Below are positions 18,106 through 27,110 of a DNA stretch of 27,669 bases, one piece after another. This stretch comes from Candidatus Thorarchaeota archaeon (GTDB taxonomy: Archaea > Asgardarchaeota > Thorarchaeia > Thorarchaeales > Thorarchaeaceae). The notes below the pieces were generated by a model. That model saw nothing but the letters and a program-made list of their open reading frames with translations. It made no database searches and was not told the DNA's origin. Where the stretch lies: positions 1 to 27,669 of the forward strand of contig RDNZ01000041.1 in assembly GCA_011364905.1 (NCBI GenBank), written 5' to 3'. The position numbers were made by a program, and so were the translations under genes. Within the stretch, counting starts at the first letter, position 1. Every line of letters starts with the position of its first letter.

Positions 18106-18855
18106 TCATCTCCATTGGCTCTGTGTGTCTGTCAATCCTAGAATTGAATCGAGATCGACTATAGATCGTAGTTTTGTAACATCCAGTGAGCAGTCTCTTG
18201 GTAGTCTTACAGAAGTAATATCATCCCTTTTGATTGGTTCTATGTCAGGACGCCTTCTCTTTGCATATTCAAAGAGATTATACTTTTCATATCCCACATT
18301 GACCAATCCAGTCACATGTCGTTGTAGCAACGAGGCAAGAATCTTGGCAAACTGAGAGTAGAGTAATAGGCTTTGGTACATGTCATCTGGAACCTTGGGG
18401 TGCTTCCAACCCTCATCCTGCTTCATCGTTCCCCGGACAATAAGATGTTTGGGAACTCTACGTACCTCAAACTCGCCCAGTAGTTTACACAAGCCGTAGT
18501 AGTTAATGGGATTTGGCGGGTCGTCTTCGCTGTATAATCCCTGTTCGCCATCGAATACATAGTCTGTGGATGAATAGACCAGATATGTGGAGTGCTGAAT
18601 GCAGGCATCAGCAACATGTCTGCATCCAAGAGTGTTTACGGCATAAGCCATCCGATGGTCCTTTTCGCAACCAGCAACATCTGTATTCGCTGCAAGATGT
18701 ATGCAAGTCGTAGGTCTGTACTCTGAAAAGATCCTTGCCACGTTATCTACGTTGGTCACATTCATTTCATTCTTCGAGAGATATACAAAATCAGGAAACA
18801 TCCCACGCAGAACTCGTGCCAAATTGCCTGTGCCACCCGTCACAATCGTAGTCAA
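18106..18855 (-). CDS. rmlD: dTDP-4-dehydrorhamnose reductase-like SDR (short form)
   Basis: TGGTG.L, HLAA.TDV..CE, A..VN..G, STDYVFDG, Y.E.D..NP.N.YG..KL.GE, P.D.SLD..K; TTG start. Confidence 0.8.
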   Translation of the reverse strand: MTTIVTGGTGNLARVLRGMFPDFVYLSKNEMNVTNVDNVARIFSEYRPTTCIHLAANTDVAGCEKDHRMAYAVNTLGCRHVADACIQHSTYLVYSSTDYVFDGEQGLYSEDDPPNPINYYGLCKLLGEFEVRRVPKHLIVRGTMKQDEGWKHPKVPDDMYQSLLLYSQFAKILASLLQRHVTGLVNVGYEKYNLFEYAKRRRPDIEPIKRDDITSVRLPRDCSLDVTKLRSIVDLDSILGLTDTQSQWR

Positions 18856-18959
18856 CTTCCAACTTCCTTGAGATTGGCTCTCAATCGGGGGACTGGAAGC
18901 CTTTCTCTTATTTATGTAGAGGTATAAACAACTGTGCGAACCAAGTGGAAGACTTGAAA

Positions 18960-20030
18960 CTACCTGTCATCAATCGAACCATACCCATCGCGAGCAAAAA
19001 GAGCACCACTCTGTGAGGAGGCTGTTTTTAAGTAGCGCATTGCGGATGAGAATAAGGTCTGTCTTTTATGTAGATGGAAAATCTCGTCATCTGTAACTTT
19101 TCTCAGATGTTGAATACGCTTTCTTTCTCTATAGGCATGACTCAAACGTGGAACTGACTGAAGTATACCCTTCAATTTGGCGAGCCCAAAGTCTGCATAC
19201 TTTCTATAGACCATTATGCCGAGCAGCACCAGCATAGTGTCAGCAAATTCAAACGCAAGGAATGTAAGCAGATTTCGTGGTTTCAAAAGAGCAATCATTG
19301 CAAGTGTACGGTTACGTTCTTCGTATCGTATCTTCTCAGGAGACCTTTTGCCAAGTCCATAGGAGCCGAAGTGCATAATAATCGCATTTGGTGTATAGAT
19401 GACCTTGTATCCTGCAAGTCGAGCCGTCCAGCAGAGATGAATCTCATCATAATACAGAAAGAAACTTGAATCAAATCCTCTAATCAACTTGTATACATCG
19501 CGGCGGACCATGAAGGCAGCTCCCCCAATTGCTGCGATCTCTGTCGTTTCGTTGTAGTTTCCAACATCCTGCTCTAAGTATCCTCGAGCATAGGACACAC
19601 CGGATGGATATTCGATAATCGCTCCAGCTGAATCGATCAGCTTGTTACCCATTTGGATGACCTTGCATCCAACAATTGCCGCATCAGAATGTTCTCTCAT
19701 AGTCGCAGCCATTGTTTCAAGCCACTCGGGAGGAGCAAATGTATCATTGTTGAGAAACACAACGAGTTCACCAGATGTCTTTTTCATACCGAGGTTGCAC
19801 GCGCCCCCGTAGCCGTAGTTTTTCTTGGCACGAACGAGCCGGATTTGAGGATAGTCCTTCATAACGGAATAGGGAGGCGGGTCTGAGTAATTATCGACCA
19901 CTACGATTTCAAGAGGTTCGTAAGTCTGATTGACTAGTCCTGAGAGACATTTCCTCAAGTGATCTGTGCCATTGTAGTTTACAACAACAACTGAGATTAT
20001 GCGCTCTCTCCTCTCATCGATCATGCTCAA
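18960..20030 (-). CDS. GT2 family glycosyltransferase (WbbL/rhamnosyltransferase-like)
   Basis: SVVVVNYNG, VVDN.S, N.GYGGACN.G, FLNND, GAAFMVRR, GFD..FFLYYDE, R.AGY. Start is TTG 20030 or ATG 20024. Confidence 0.88.
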   Translation of the reverse strand: MSMIDERRERIISVVVVNYNGTDHLRKCLSGLVNQTYEPLEIVVVDNYSDPPPYSVMKDYPQIRLVRAKKNYGYGGACNLGMKKTSGELVVFLNNDTFAPPEWLETMAATMREHSDAAIVGCKVIQMGNKLIDSAGAIIEYPSGVSYARGYLEQDVGNYNETTEIAAIGGAAFMVRRDVYKLIRGFDSSFFLYYDEIHLCWTARLAGYKVIYTPNAIIMHFGSYGLGKRSPEKIRYEERNRTLAMIALLKPRNLLTFLAFEFADTMLVLLGIMVYRKYADFGLAKLKGILQSVPRLSHAYRERKRIQHLRKVTDDEIFHLHKRQTLFSSAMRYLKTASSQSGALFARDGYGSIDDR

Positions 20031-20047
20031 ATCCTGATGAGTTGGAA

Positions 20048-20071
20048 TGCCAGTGGCAATAAGTGTATTGC
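20048..20071 (-). promoter_or_regulatory. Putative TATA box embedded in palindromes upstream of GT2
   Basis: ACACTTATT on the minus strand 27 nt upstream of TTG 20030, overlapping GCAATA-N4-TATTGC (20056-20071) and TGCCA-N-TGGCA (20048-20058). Confidence 0.35.
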
Positions 20072-20198
20072 GACATTGTTTCAGCGTTTTTCAAAAAGGA
20101 GGGGGAGTAGTTTGTTTTGAGGAGAGGAATTGAGATGATATCAAGAAGACCATCAACATATGGAGGGCTACTTATATCTGCCCAACGCTCTGAGTCAC

Positions 20199-21371
20199 TT
20201 ATTCTGTTACAATATGCCGACTGATGATTAGTCGTGTCACAAGCAATGAAACTACGAGCAAGACCTTTGCTGTCAGGACTGCAAGCCCAAGGCCAACTAG
20301 ACCGAACACGCCTAACACAAGGAGTAGGGTAATGTGGCTAGATGAGCCTGCGAGGTTGGCAACAGCTGCTGCTCCTGCTCTCTCTTGAGCGAAAAGGTCA
20401 GCGATGAGCATTGACGCGATGGATGAAGGAATGGTCGCGAGACAAAGAACCTGTACAAGAGGAGTAATACTCGAATAGGAGGGGAGTATCAGAGTGACCA
20501 CCATGGGAAAGAGCAGATAGCCTGCAGCAGCAAGAAGTACAGCGAAAAGAAGACCGAGAATCCTTGTTTCTCTTTGTTCGTTTCCTCGTGACCGTTCTGG
20601 AAGTAAATAGAGAAGCAGACCGGTAGGGAGTATTTCCAAAAGCCAGAATAGCTGATATGAAAGCGCATAGCTGCTGAGAATCACGAAACCATACCAGACT
20701 CCAACTACTACTTTGTCCAAGTAGCCACTAGCAATTGCAGTGAGATTGAAGAAATATGATCTTGAAATGAATCCAGAATGAGTTTCAATAGAATCCTTTA
20801 CCGATGATGTCGTTGATAGGACATGGCGCCCTGTGATTATTATTGGACCTGCAAGCCCAATGAAGTATCCAACAAAAAGACCGGTCAGACCATAGAACAG
20901 ATAGAACGTGATTGAAAGTCCGATCTGAAGAAATCGGAAGGACAATCGGAACCAGAAATATTTACTGTATGCATTCTCACCAAGCAGAATACTTTGACCC
21001 AGCAGAAATGTAGCTTCTGGAATAACAATCAATGCGGCAAAAGGACTGATGATTATTGAGAGTATTAGTGCTGCAAGTAAGCCAAGACTGAGAATGACCA
21101 CGGAGGCACTACGAACCAACTCCCTGCTGGGAGTCTTGGGAAGAATTGATGGGATGACTCGATCTAGACCAATGAGGACAACATTACTTGCTGTTAATGC
21201 TGACGCAATATAGTAGCTCATCATACCATACTCAAGCTGGGTCATTATGGAGGCAAGGAGAAGATAGAAGCCAGCTATTGCAAGACTTGGAATTCCTGTT
21301 CCAAAGAGGACAAACAGGAATCGAGTCCGACCCGCGTTTTCGCCAACTTGGGATTCCAGTTCATAAGACAT
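20199..21371 (-). CDS. Oligosaccharide/polysaccharide flippase (Wzx/MOP-superfamily-like)
   Basis: ~12 TM helices, 'LA.IM...EYG', 'GL.R', 'YLDK.VVG...G...LSSY..SYQL', 'LP.Y..', 'G.VGLGLA' pattern, and a glycosylation-cluster context. GAGGAG RBS favours ATG 21371 (GTG 21392 is an alternative). Confidence 0.78.
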   Translation of the reverse strand: MSYELESQVGENAGRTRFLFVLFGTGIPSLAIAGFYLLLASIMTQLEYGMMSYYIASALTASNVVLIGLDRVIPSILPKTPSRELVRSASVVILSLGLLAALILSIIISPFAALIVIPEATFLLGQSILLGENAYSKYFWFRLSFRFLQIGLSITFYLFYGLTGLFVGYFIGLAGPIIITGRHVLSTTSSVKDSIETHSGFISRSYFFNLTAIASGYLDKVVVGVWYGFVILSSYALSYQLFWLLEILPTGLLLYLLPERSRGNEQRETRILGLLFAVLLAAAGYLLFPMVVTLILPSYSSITPLVQVLCLATIPSSIASMLIADLFAQERAGAAAVANLAGSSSHITLLLVLGVFGLVGLGLAVLTAKVLLVVSLLVTRLIISRHIVTE

Positions 21372-21388
21372 GATACATTCTACTCCTC

Positions 21389-24001
21389 TCACGAACTGGA
21401 ACTAGTCCAGTGTTCCGCCAATAAATACCTTTGAAGTGGCACGTCCTGAAAGACGACGACTGTCACATAGATATCAGAACTTTGAGAATTCGTCTGAACA
21501 GACATACTACCAGTGTAGTGTGCACCAGCTTCGAGCATGACATGTTCATAGGAAACGTTGCTGTTTAGATACATGACGCGTGTAATCAAGATTCTAGAAA
21601 TGTCGGTGCTCATGGCATCTTCAGCGGAGACTGAAAAACTGTTGGTTATTCCACCACCAAAGAGGACAGCATATCCACTCCCAACCCCTATGCTCGCAAT
21701 GGAACAGCGTTGATCAGTTTCGTTGACATACCCAACCTTCCCAAGAATCGTGGCATTATGCTGCTGTAAAGCTGCCAAACTATAGCCCCACTGTATTTGA
21801 TTATACCGCAATGACAGGGCTGATGAAAGAGTTGTGTCGGATTCCGCGCTTATAGGAATGCGAGAATAATTCGAAGACGCAACAAAACCAAGAATAGACT
21901 CCTGTCGTAAGGGGCCAAGTCGAGCTACTGATGCCTGATCCGCACTTGATGAATAATAGCCAATGGTTGCTCCTGCCCAAAAGAGAATCCCACCAGACCT
22001 CAACCATGGTCCCACTAAATCAGTTGTGTTAGTAAGCACTGTATCGGGGAAAACCCCACTGATGGCAATTACGATTGCAGGCTCTAGAGTCAGAAAAACA
22101 TCTCGAAGACCTCTAGCATCAACATAGGCAATGCTTGAATCGAATCCCGCACGCTGGAGATCGGCACCAAGATGGTCACCAAATGAAAGAATTCCTGATC
22201 GTCTTGAACCTATAGATGAATGCGCATCATCGTAGTAAATGTAGATTGACTGCGAGAGTCCTTGCTGACTGACTGAACACATAATCACATTAATCTCATT
22301 CATGTATGCTCCGGAACTCAAGTCATAGGTCATATTTAGTGTGTTTGAAATTGAGTTATAATTGTATGAGTCCACACTTGCTGTTGGGGTGTTGACAAGA
22401 TTGTACTGAGGTGAAGCAATCACTTGACCAAGGACTACCAGCAGCACTACCATAATGGTATAGATGTGAAATGGTTTCACTTTCCTGGTTGTAATGCTTT
22501 TTCCCTGCTTCGTTGGTAATTCAATTTTGACTCCTGTCTGCCCGGATTCAGCCAGAAACTTTCTGACGAATGAGTATTTTCGAGTGAAAGAATTGTCTGG
22601 AATCAGAAGTAGTACTAGGAATAAGAATCCCCCAAACCCACCAACGAAAAGCAGGTATTCTCGAAGAGCTGAAAGAGGACCACTCCAATACATGAAATTC
22701 CATGAGTTGAGTTGATCCACGCTTACCAAACCTGTAAAAAGAGCTGCTGGGTAGAAAAAGGCAGCTATCGAAAGCAAGCTGATTATGAATAAAGTCGCAA
22801 AACAAGACAGGAGGATTGTCCGCGAGCCAAGTCGTCCGCTCACACCTGTCGTGAGAATTGCTGATGGGATCAACCAGCAGATGTATTGTGGTTGGACAAG
22901 CGGGAATGACAGAAGAAGAACTGCAATCGCTGTGGTTTGAAGTGAAATGATTCTAGCAAAGTCAAGAGAGGACCGCGAGCGGATCGCATATAGTCCGATT
23001 AGGACTATTAAGACGACTGCAAATCCTATCAGTATATAAGATATAGAAGAAGAAAAACTGATACTTCCTTCTATGCTGCCGGGTAAAGCGGGGAATCGAA
23101 GGATAGACCACACACTCAACCCTCCAGTGTATGCCGTTTCAAATCGATATCTCAGTATGAAAAAGAGATGAAAAAGTGGAAATATGAAGAGCAGGGCAAT
23201 AAGGCATCCGCCAATAATGAACCCAACTATAGGACGAAATATCTTTTGAAATCCTTGTTTCAATCGGGATACGAGTGATCCTTCTAGTTCTTCAGGCAGT
23301 TCTCGAGCTATAATAAATAATAGATACAGGGGTATCAGCATCACGGGTATAATCTTCAATAGAGTTCCAATTGCTATCCATATGCCTGAAAAGAAGTAGT
23401 CTCGTCGGTACAATGCGATTACGCTCAGAACCAACGATATTCCAACGAGAAGGTCAAACTGACCCTGAACGAATGATGTAACGAACGTGGAGGGATTTAG
23501 GCACCATAGAAAGAGTACATATGTTCCAGCCCTTGGTCCTTTAATCTCACGAACGATTTTTCTTAGGTAAAGGGCAACTGCAATATCAGCTATAAGTAAA
23601 GGCAGCTTAAGGACTATATTGAAGACAGGAGATGTAACATATGCATTTACCATCCCTGTTGATGCAGCAATATCTGATAATTGCAGATCAAGTCTTGCCA
23701 AGCTCATGGGGCCGCTGATTGATGATACAACATAAAACAGCGGAATGAAGACAAACGCCCAAAGTGGAGGATAACCGTAGACATTCGTTCCGTAGAGACC
23801 CTCGCCATAAAGAACACCGGTTGCAGCGGTATAAAACACATACACATCGTAGGTCCAACTTGTCAATGGAGCAAGAATGCATGCAAAGATCACTCTAAGA
23901 CTGAGCATAAGTGCATCCGTTCGATTTTCTCTTAGATTGAGGCTTTTGAAAAACATGCGTCTGCTCAACCCGGAGTTCTCCTTATCAAAGACATTTTGCA
24001 A
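21389..24001 (-). CDS. GT-C fold membrane glycosyltransferase (GT87/PIG-M-like) fused to a ~340 aa C-terminal extracellular domain
   Basis: WTYDVYVF, YGYPPLW, LKLP...ADI, W.LNP, GQFD, K..P, PQY..W.IP, many TMs; C-terminal alpha/beta region (...W.RSGG.L.W.G) with sequons. Start is uncertain (TTG 24001 or ATG 23956). Confidence 0.7.
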   Translation of the reverse strand: MQNVFDKENSGLSRRMFFKSLNLRENRTDALMLSLRVIFACILAPLTSWTYDVYVFYTAATGVLYGEGLYGTNVYGYPPLWAFVFIPLFYVVSSISGPMSLARLDLQLSDIAASTGMVNAYVTSPVFNIVLKLPLLIADIAVALYLRKIVREIKGPRAGTYVLFLWCLNPSTFVTSFVQGQFDLLVGISLVLSVIALYRRDYFFSGIWIAIGTLLKIIPVMLIPLYLLFIIARELPEELEGSLVSRLKQGFQKIFRPIVGFIIGGCLIALLFIFPLFHLFFILRYRFETAYTGGLSVWSILRFPALPGSIEGSISFSSSISYILIGFAVVLIVLIGLYAIRSRSSLDFARIISLQTTAIAVLLLSFPLVQPQYICWLIPSAILTTGVSGRLGSRTILLSCFATLFIISLLSIAAFFYPAALFTGLVSVDQLNSWNFMYWSGPLSALREYLLFVGGFGGFLFLVLLLIPDNSFTRKYSFVRKFLAESGQTGVKIELPTKQGKSITTRKVKPFHIYTIMVVLLVVLGQVIASPQYNLVNTPTASVDSYNYNSISNTLNMTYDLSSGAYMNEINVIMCSVSQQGLSQSIYIYYDDAHSSIGSRRSGILSFGDHLGADLQRAGFDSSIAYVDARGLRDVFLTLEPAIVIAISGVFPDTVLTNTTDLVGPWLRSGGILFWAGATIGYYSSSADQASVARLGPLRQESILGFVASSNYSRIPISAESDTTLSSALSLRYNQIQWGYSLAALQQHNATILGKVGYVNETDQRCSIASIGVGSGYAVLFGGGITNSFSVSAEDAMSTDISRILITRVMYLNSNVSYEHVMLEAGAHYTGSMSVQTNSQSSDIYVTVVVFQDVPLQRYLLAEHWTSSSS

Positions 24002-24089
24002 AGTGACAATCTATTCTTCAAAGCAAGTTATCTCTGCATTGTTACGTTGTTTCACGATTCGTGTAAAGTAAGTTTTCCGTTTGTATCTC

Positions 24090-24617
24090 CTATGCGAATT
24101 GCATCCCATCCTTTTCTGAGAGAATGGGATTTGTTATAGGCCATTTGATTCCAACAGTAGGATCATTCCATAGAAGTGTGTGGTCGCCCTCCGCGCTCCA
24201 GTAAGTGCCTTGTTTGTAACTTACGAATGCTACATCGCTCAACACTAGAAATCCATTTGCAAACCCTTTGGGAACGAAGATTTGACGATGGTTTGAGTCC
24301 GAGAGGATAAAAGATTGCCACTGCTTATAGGTTGACGAATCTTCACGCATATCAACGATTACATGATAGGTACGACCCTTGACAACCTGGACAAGTTTGG
24401 CAACCTCATGGTCATAATGCATTCCCCGTAAGACATTACGATATGACCAAGAGATGTTGTCCTGTACAAAATCTGTGTCGATTCCCAGCTCTTTGTAGAT
24501 GTTCTGTCTGAAAGTTTCCTTGAAATAACCTCTGAAGTCTTCATGAACCACAGGTTCAATCAGAAGTGGGCCATCGAACTTTGTCTTAATAGTGCGGATT
24601 CCTGATTCTTGCGTCAT
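24090..24617 (-). CDS. rmlC: dTDP-4-dehydrorhamnose 3,5-epimerase
   Basis: D.RGYF.E.F, FVQDN.S.S...VLRGMHY, KLV....G....V.VD.R..S.T, VP.GFA.GF..LSD, YK, W.DP..GI.WP, LSEKD. Confidence 0.93.
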   Translation of the reverse strand: MTQESGIRTIKTKFDGPLLIEPVVHEDFRGYFKETFRQNIYKELGIDTDFVQDNISWSYRNVLRGMHYDHEVAKLVQVVKGRTYHVIVDMREDSSTYKQWQSFILSDSNHRQIFVPKGFANGFLVLSDVAFVSYKQGTYWSAEGDHTLLWNDPTVGIKWPITNPILSEKDGMQFA

Positions 24618-24701
24618 AATGAGCCCGCGGCGCAGTTCTCACTTATCTCTTTCCTTCTGCTTAGAGTATAAATCACGACGTAATAGGAAGCAATACTTCG
24701 A

Positions 24702-25979
24702 CTACGTATTCATTGCAGCGTTGCATGCACGGATAAACGAAACAGACAAGCTTTCCCATGAATAGTGCTCAACACAAAGACGGCGGGCTTCCTTGGCCAG
24801 CTCCTTTCTAAGGCCAGGGTTCTTGCACAATCTGACAACTGCAGAGCAAATATCTTCTTTGTTTCTGGGATTCACCAATAGTGCAGCTTTCGGGGTGAGC
24901 ACCTCAGCTGTGCCAGCGACTCTAGTCGCAACAATCGCCACCTCTGTTGACATATATTCAAACAATTTCAGAGGAGATGCTGCATGGGATACAAGGGTGC
25001 TGGGAAAAATGCAGATTGCTACGTCTGCAAGAGCAATGTGCTCAGGCATTTCAGAGAAGGGTTTTTGCCCAACATAATGTAGAACATGTTGGAGGTTTCT
25101 TTCGCGGAGTGTGTCTTGAAGCCGTTGAACAGCATCTCCAGCACCGACCAAGACTATTCTTGCATCAGGGACTTCCTTCGCAAGCTCTTCAGACAACAGT
25201 GATAGAACTTCAATACCTGTCCAAGCGTCAAGGTGGCCAGCGAATAGTACCACAGTATTGTCAACCAGATCATATTTCCTTCTGGTGCTTTCTACATCTT
25301 TGTTTGGTGAAAAAATAGTCGTGTTGACTCCGTTAGGAATAACCTCACTTTTCTTCAGCGAAACACCATAGTTCGACAGAACTCTCTGTAGAAATTCAGT
25401 CACCATGACAGACCTATTGCATTGTTTTATTAGAGAGAGTTCCAGGGTGTTTATGAGAGAAGGGCCTAAATCGTGGATGGTCTGATTTCGTAATTCGGCA
25501 GCATATGCAGCCATCCAGTCAGGGCACATCATCAAGATTGGTTTTCGACACAGCTTGGAAGTCAGAACTGACACTAGTCCAACAATTGGCGAGGCATGAG
25601 AAACAACTACGACATCAGGAGAGAATGATCGAAGTTCCCGAATAGATTTTTGCGTGAACAGGATTATTGTAAGTAGATAGGCAAGCGGCCAGCTCAGCGA
25701 CCACAGTTTCTCAAGCAACTTTCCTACCAATAAATATCGGTGACTAATATTGGGATGTATCTCAGGAGGGGGAGTCTTCCAATTCTTTTTGTAACTCCAG
25801 TCGCGTGGTCTACCTCCAAGCAGGTATCGTAATGGCTGGGTAGCAACAAAGTGGACCTTATTTCCACTCCGTGCTGCTTCAGTGCAGAGCTCGAATACAC
25901 TACGGTCAGAACCTAGATAGGGAGGGAAATGCTCCACGAAAACTACTAGACGCAGTGAACCTTTCCTACCGTGAGACAA
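24702..25979 (-). CDS. GT4 family glycosyltransferase
   Basis: EHFPP, IPNGV, F.GHL, VG.G, SPLKLFEYM, VAT.V.G..EV, YSWE. TTG 25979 follows a GGAG RBS, so the ORF-track extension to 26081 is probably not coding. Confidence 0.9.
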   Translation of the reverse strand: MSHGRKGSLRLVVFVEHFPPYLGSDRSVFELCTEAARSGNKVHFVATQPLRYLLGGRPRDWSYKKNWKTPPPEIHPNISHRYLLVGKLLEKLWSLSWPLAYLLTIILFTQKSIRELRSFSPDVVVVSHASPIVGLVSVLTSKLCRKPILMMCPDWMAAYAAELRNQTIHDLGPSLINTLELSLIKQCNRSVMVTEFLQRVLSNYGVSLKKSEVIPNGVNTTIFSPNKDVESTRRKYDLVDNTVVLFAGHLDAWTGIEVLSLLSEELAKEVPDARIVLVGAGDAVQRLQDTLRERNLQHVLHYVGQKPFSEMPEHIALADVAICIFPSTLVSHAASPLKLFEYMSTEVAIVATRVAGTAEVLTPKAALLVNPRNKEDICSAVVRLCKNPGLRKELAKEARRLCVEHYSWESLSVSFIRACNAAMNT

Positions 25980-26157
25980 TTGTAATCTCCAAGGTGCCGC
26001 TGTGTCGTGTAAATTGATAAAACTTGCCGATACAAATAGCTCGTTTTTGATAGAACACTTTTTCTTCTGAGTGACAAGCACTTCTTCGGAAGAATCTAGG
26101 TTCTACATTTTAGCAAACATCGACCAAATCAATACCCTTGAGAAGAAGCGAGTATTA

Positions 26158-26835
26158 TCAAACTACAACTAGTTTCATGATGAGCGCAAGATACAACAGA
26201 ATAGTCTTAGCGCCTAGTTTGCTTTTGCCATGCGTACGGTCTCTGAATACTATGGGGACCTCAGCTACTCTGAGGTTTCTGTGTCTTGCTAGAATCTCAA
26301 CAAGGAATTTGTAGTCCGCGTCTGAGAATCCGTCTGTCAGAATGTCTTTCGACTTCACACCAACAAAACCACTCATTGGATCACGAATTCTAAGCCTCAA
26401 TAGTAATCTGCCAATCATTGTCGCAATTCTACTTATGGCAATACGACGACCGGGCCATCCCTCGCAACCACCGCCATCAATGTAACGAGAACCAACGACC
26501 ACATCATATCCATTCGCCAACTGCTCCAAAATCGAGTTCAAATAGCGCGGATGATGAGATAGATCAGCATCCATGACAACGACAGGACCATCAATCACAT
26601 GCCTTGCGCCATAGCGAATCGCACTGCTAAGGCCGCGCTCTTTTGTTCTTATGAAGAGTTTGACTCCGTCGTACTTTGATTGCAGATCACGCACCACTGA
26701 GTGTGTTCCGTCGCTGCTGTTATCATCTACAATGAAAATCTGAACATCATCTTGACCGAGGTATTGGATGATTAATGGTATTAGAATACCGATATTCTCA
26801 GCTTCATTCAATGTAGGGATAATAACGGTCTTCAT
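26158..26835 (-). CDS. Polyprenol/dolichol-phosphate mannosyltransferase-like GT2 (DPM1/Ppm1-like)
   Basis: IIPT.NE..NI, VDD.S.DGT, R...RGL.SA...G, MDADLSH.P, VGSRY..GG, W...R...SR, D.MSGF, EVPI.F.DR..GKSKL. GAGGT RBS favours ATG 26835 over 26844. Confidence 0.88.
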   Translation of the reverse strand: MKTVIIPTLNEAENIGILIPLIIQYLGQDDVQIFIVDDNSSDGTHSVVRDLQSKYDGVKLFIRTKERGLSSAIRYGARHVIDGPVVVMDADLSHHPRYLNSILEQLANGYDVVVGSRYIDGGGCEGWPGRRIAISRIATMIGRLLLRLRIRDPMSGFVGVKSKDILTDGFSDADYKFLVEILARHRNLRVAEVPIVFRDRTHGKSKLGAKTILLYLALIMKLVVV

Positions 26836-27110
26836 GCGATTCATACCTCAAGTCTTACCACGGTTAGTAACAATGCATGCGGTTTGTGTCTATGCGCATT
26901 TGAAAAATTAGATGTTTAATAAACAAAGCTATAACGGACTTGCATTCTATGTCTGAATTTGTAAGTCCGGAAATATCCTTTCAGTCAACCAGCATATTCG
27001 ATATCGCTTTAGATGAGAGAGAACTAACCTCTTGGTTTCTGAATGAAAACGCAACCACACAACGAAGCGATACGTTATCCTTATGTGACACTGAAAATCT
27101 CTAATAATCG

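Noticed and set aside
18868-18884. TTGAGA-N5-TCTCAA palindrome just upstream of rmlD
   Set aside because: A single 6-bp-arm instance with no second copy found; it cannot be distinguished from chance.
25980-26081. 34-aa N-terminal extension of the GT4 ORF
   Set aside because: A GGAG RBS + TTG at 25979 and a TTTATC box within the extension indicate it is promoter/UTR.
24035-26877. 11-bp inverted pair TGCATTGTTAC / GTAACAATGCA flanking rmlC-GT4-DPM1
   Set aside because: An 11-bp match is near chance expectation, and there is no recombinase in the window.
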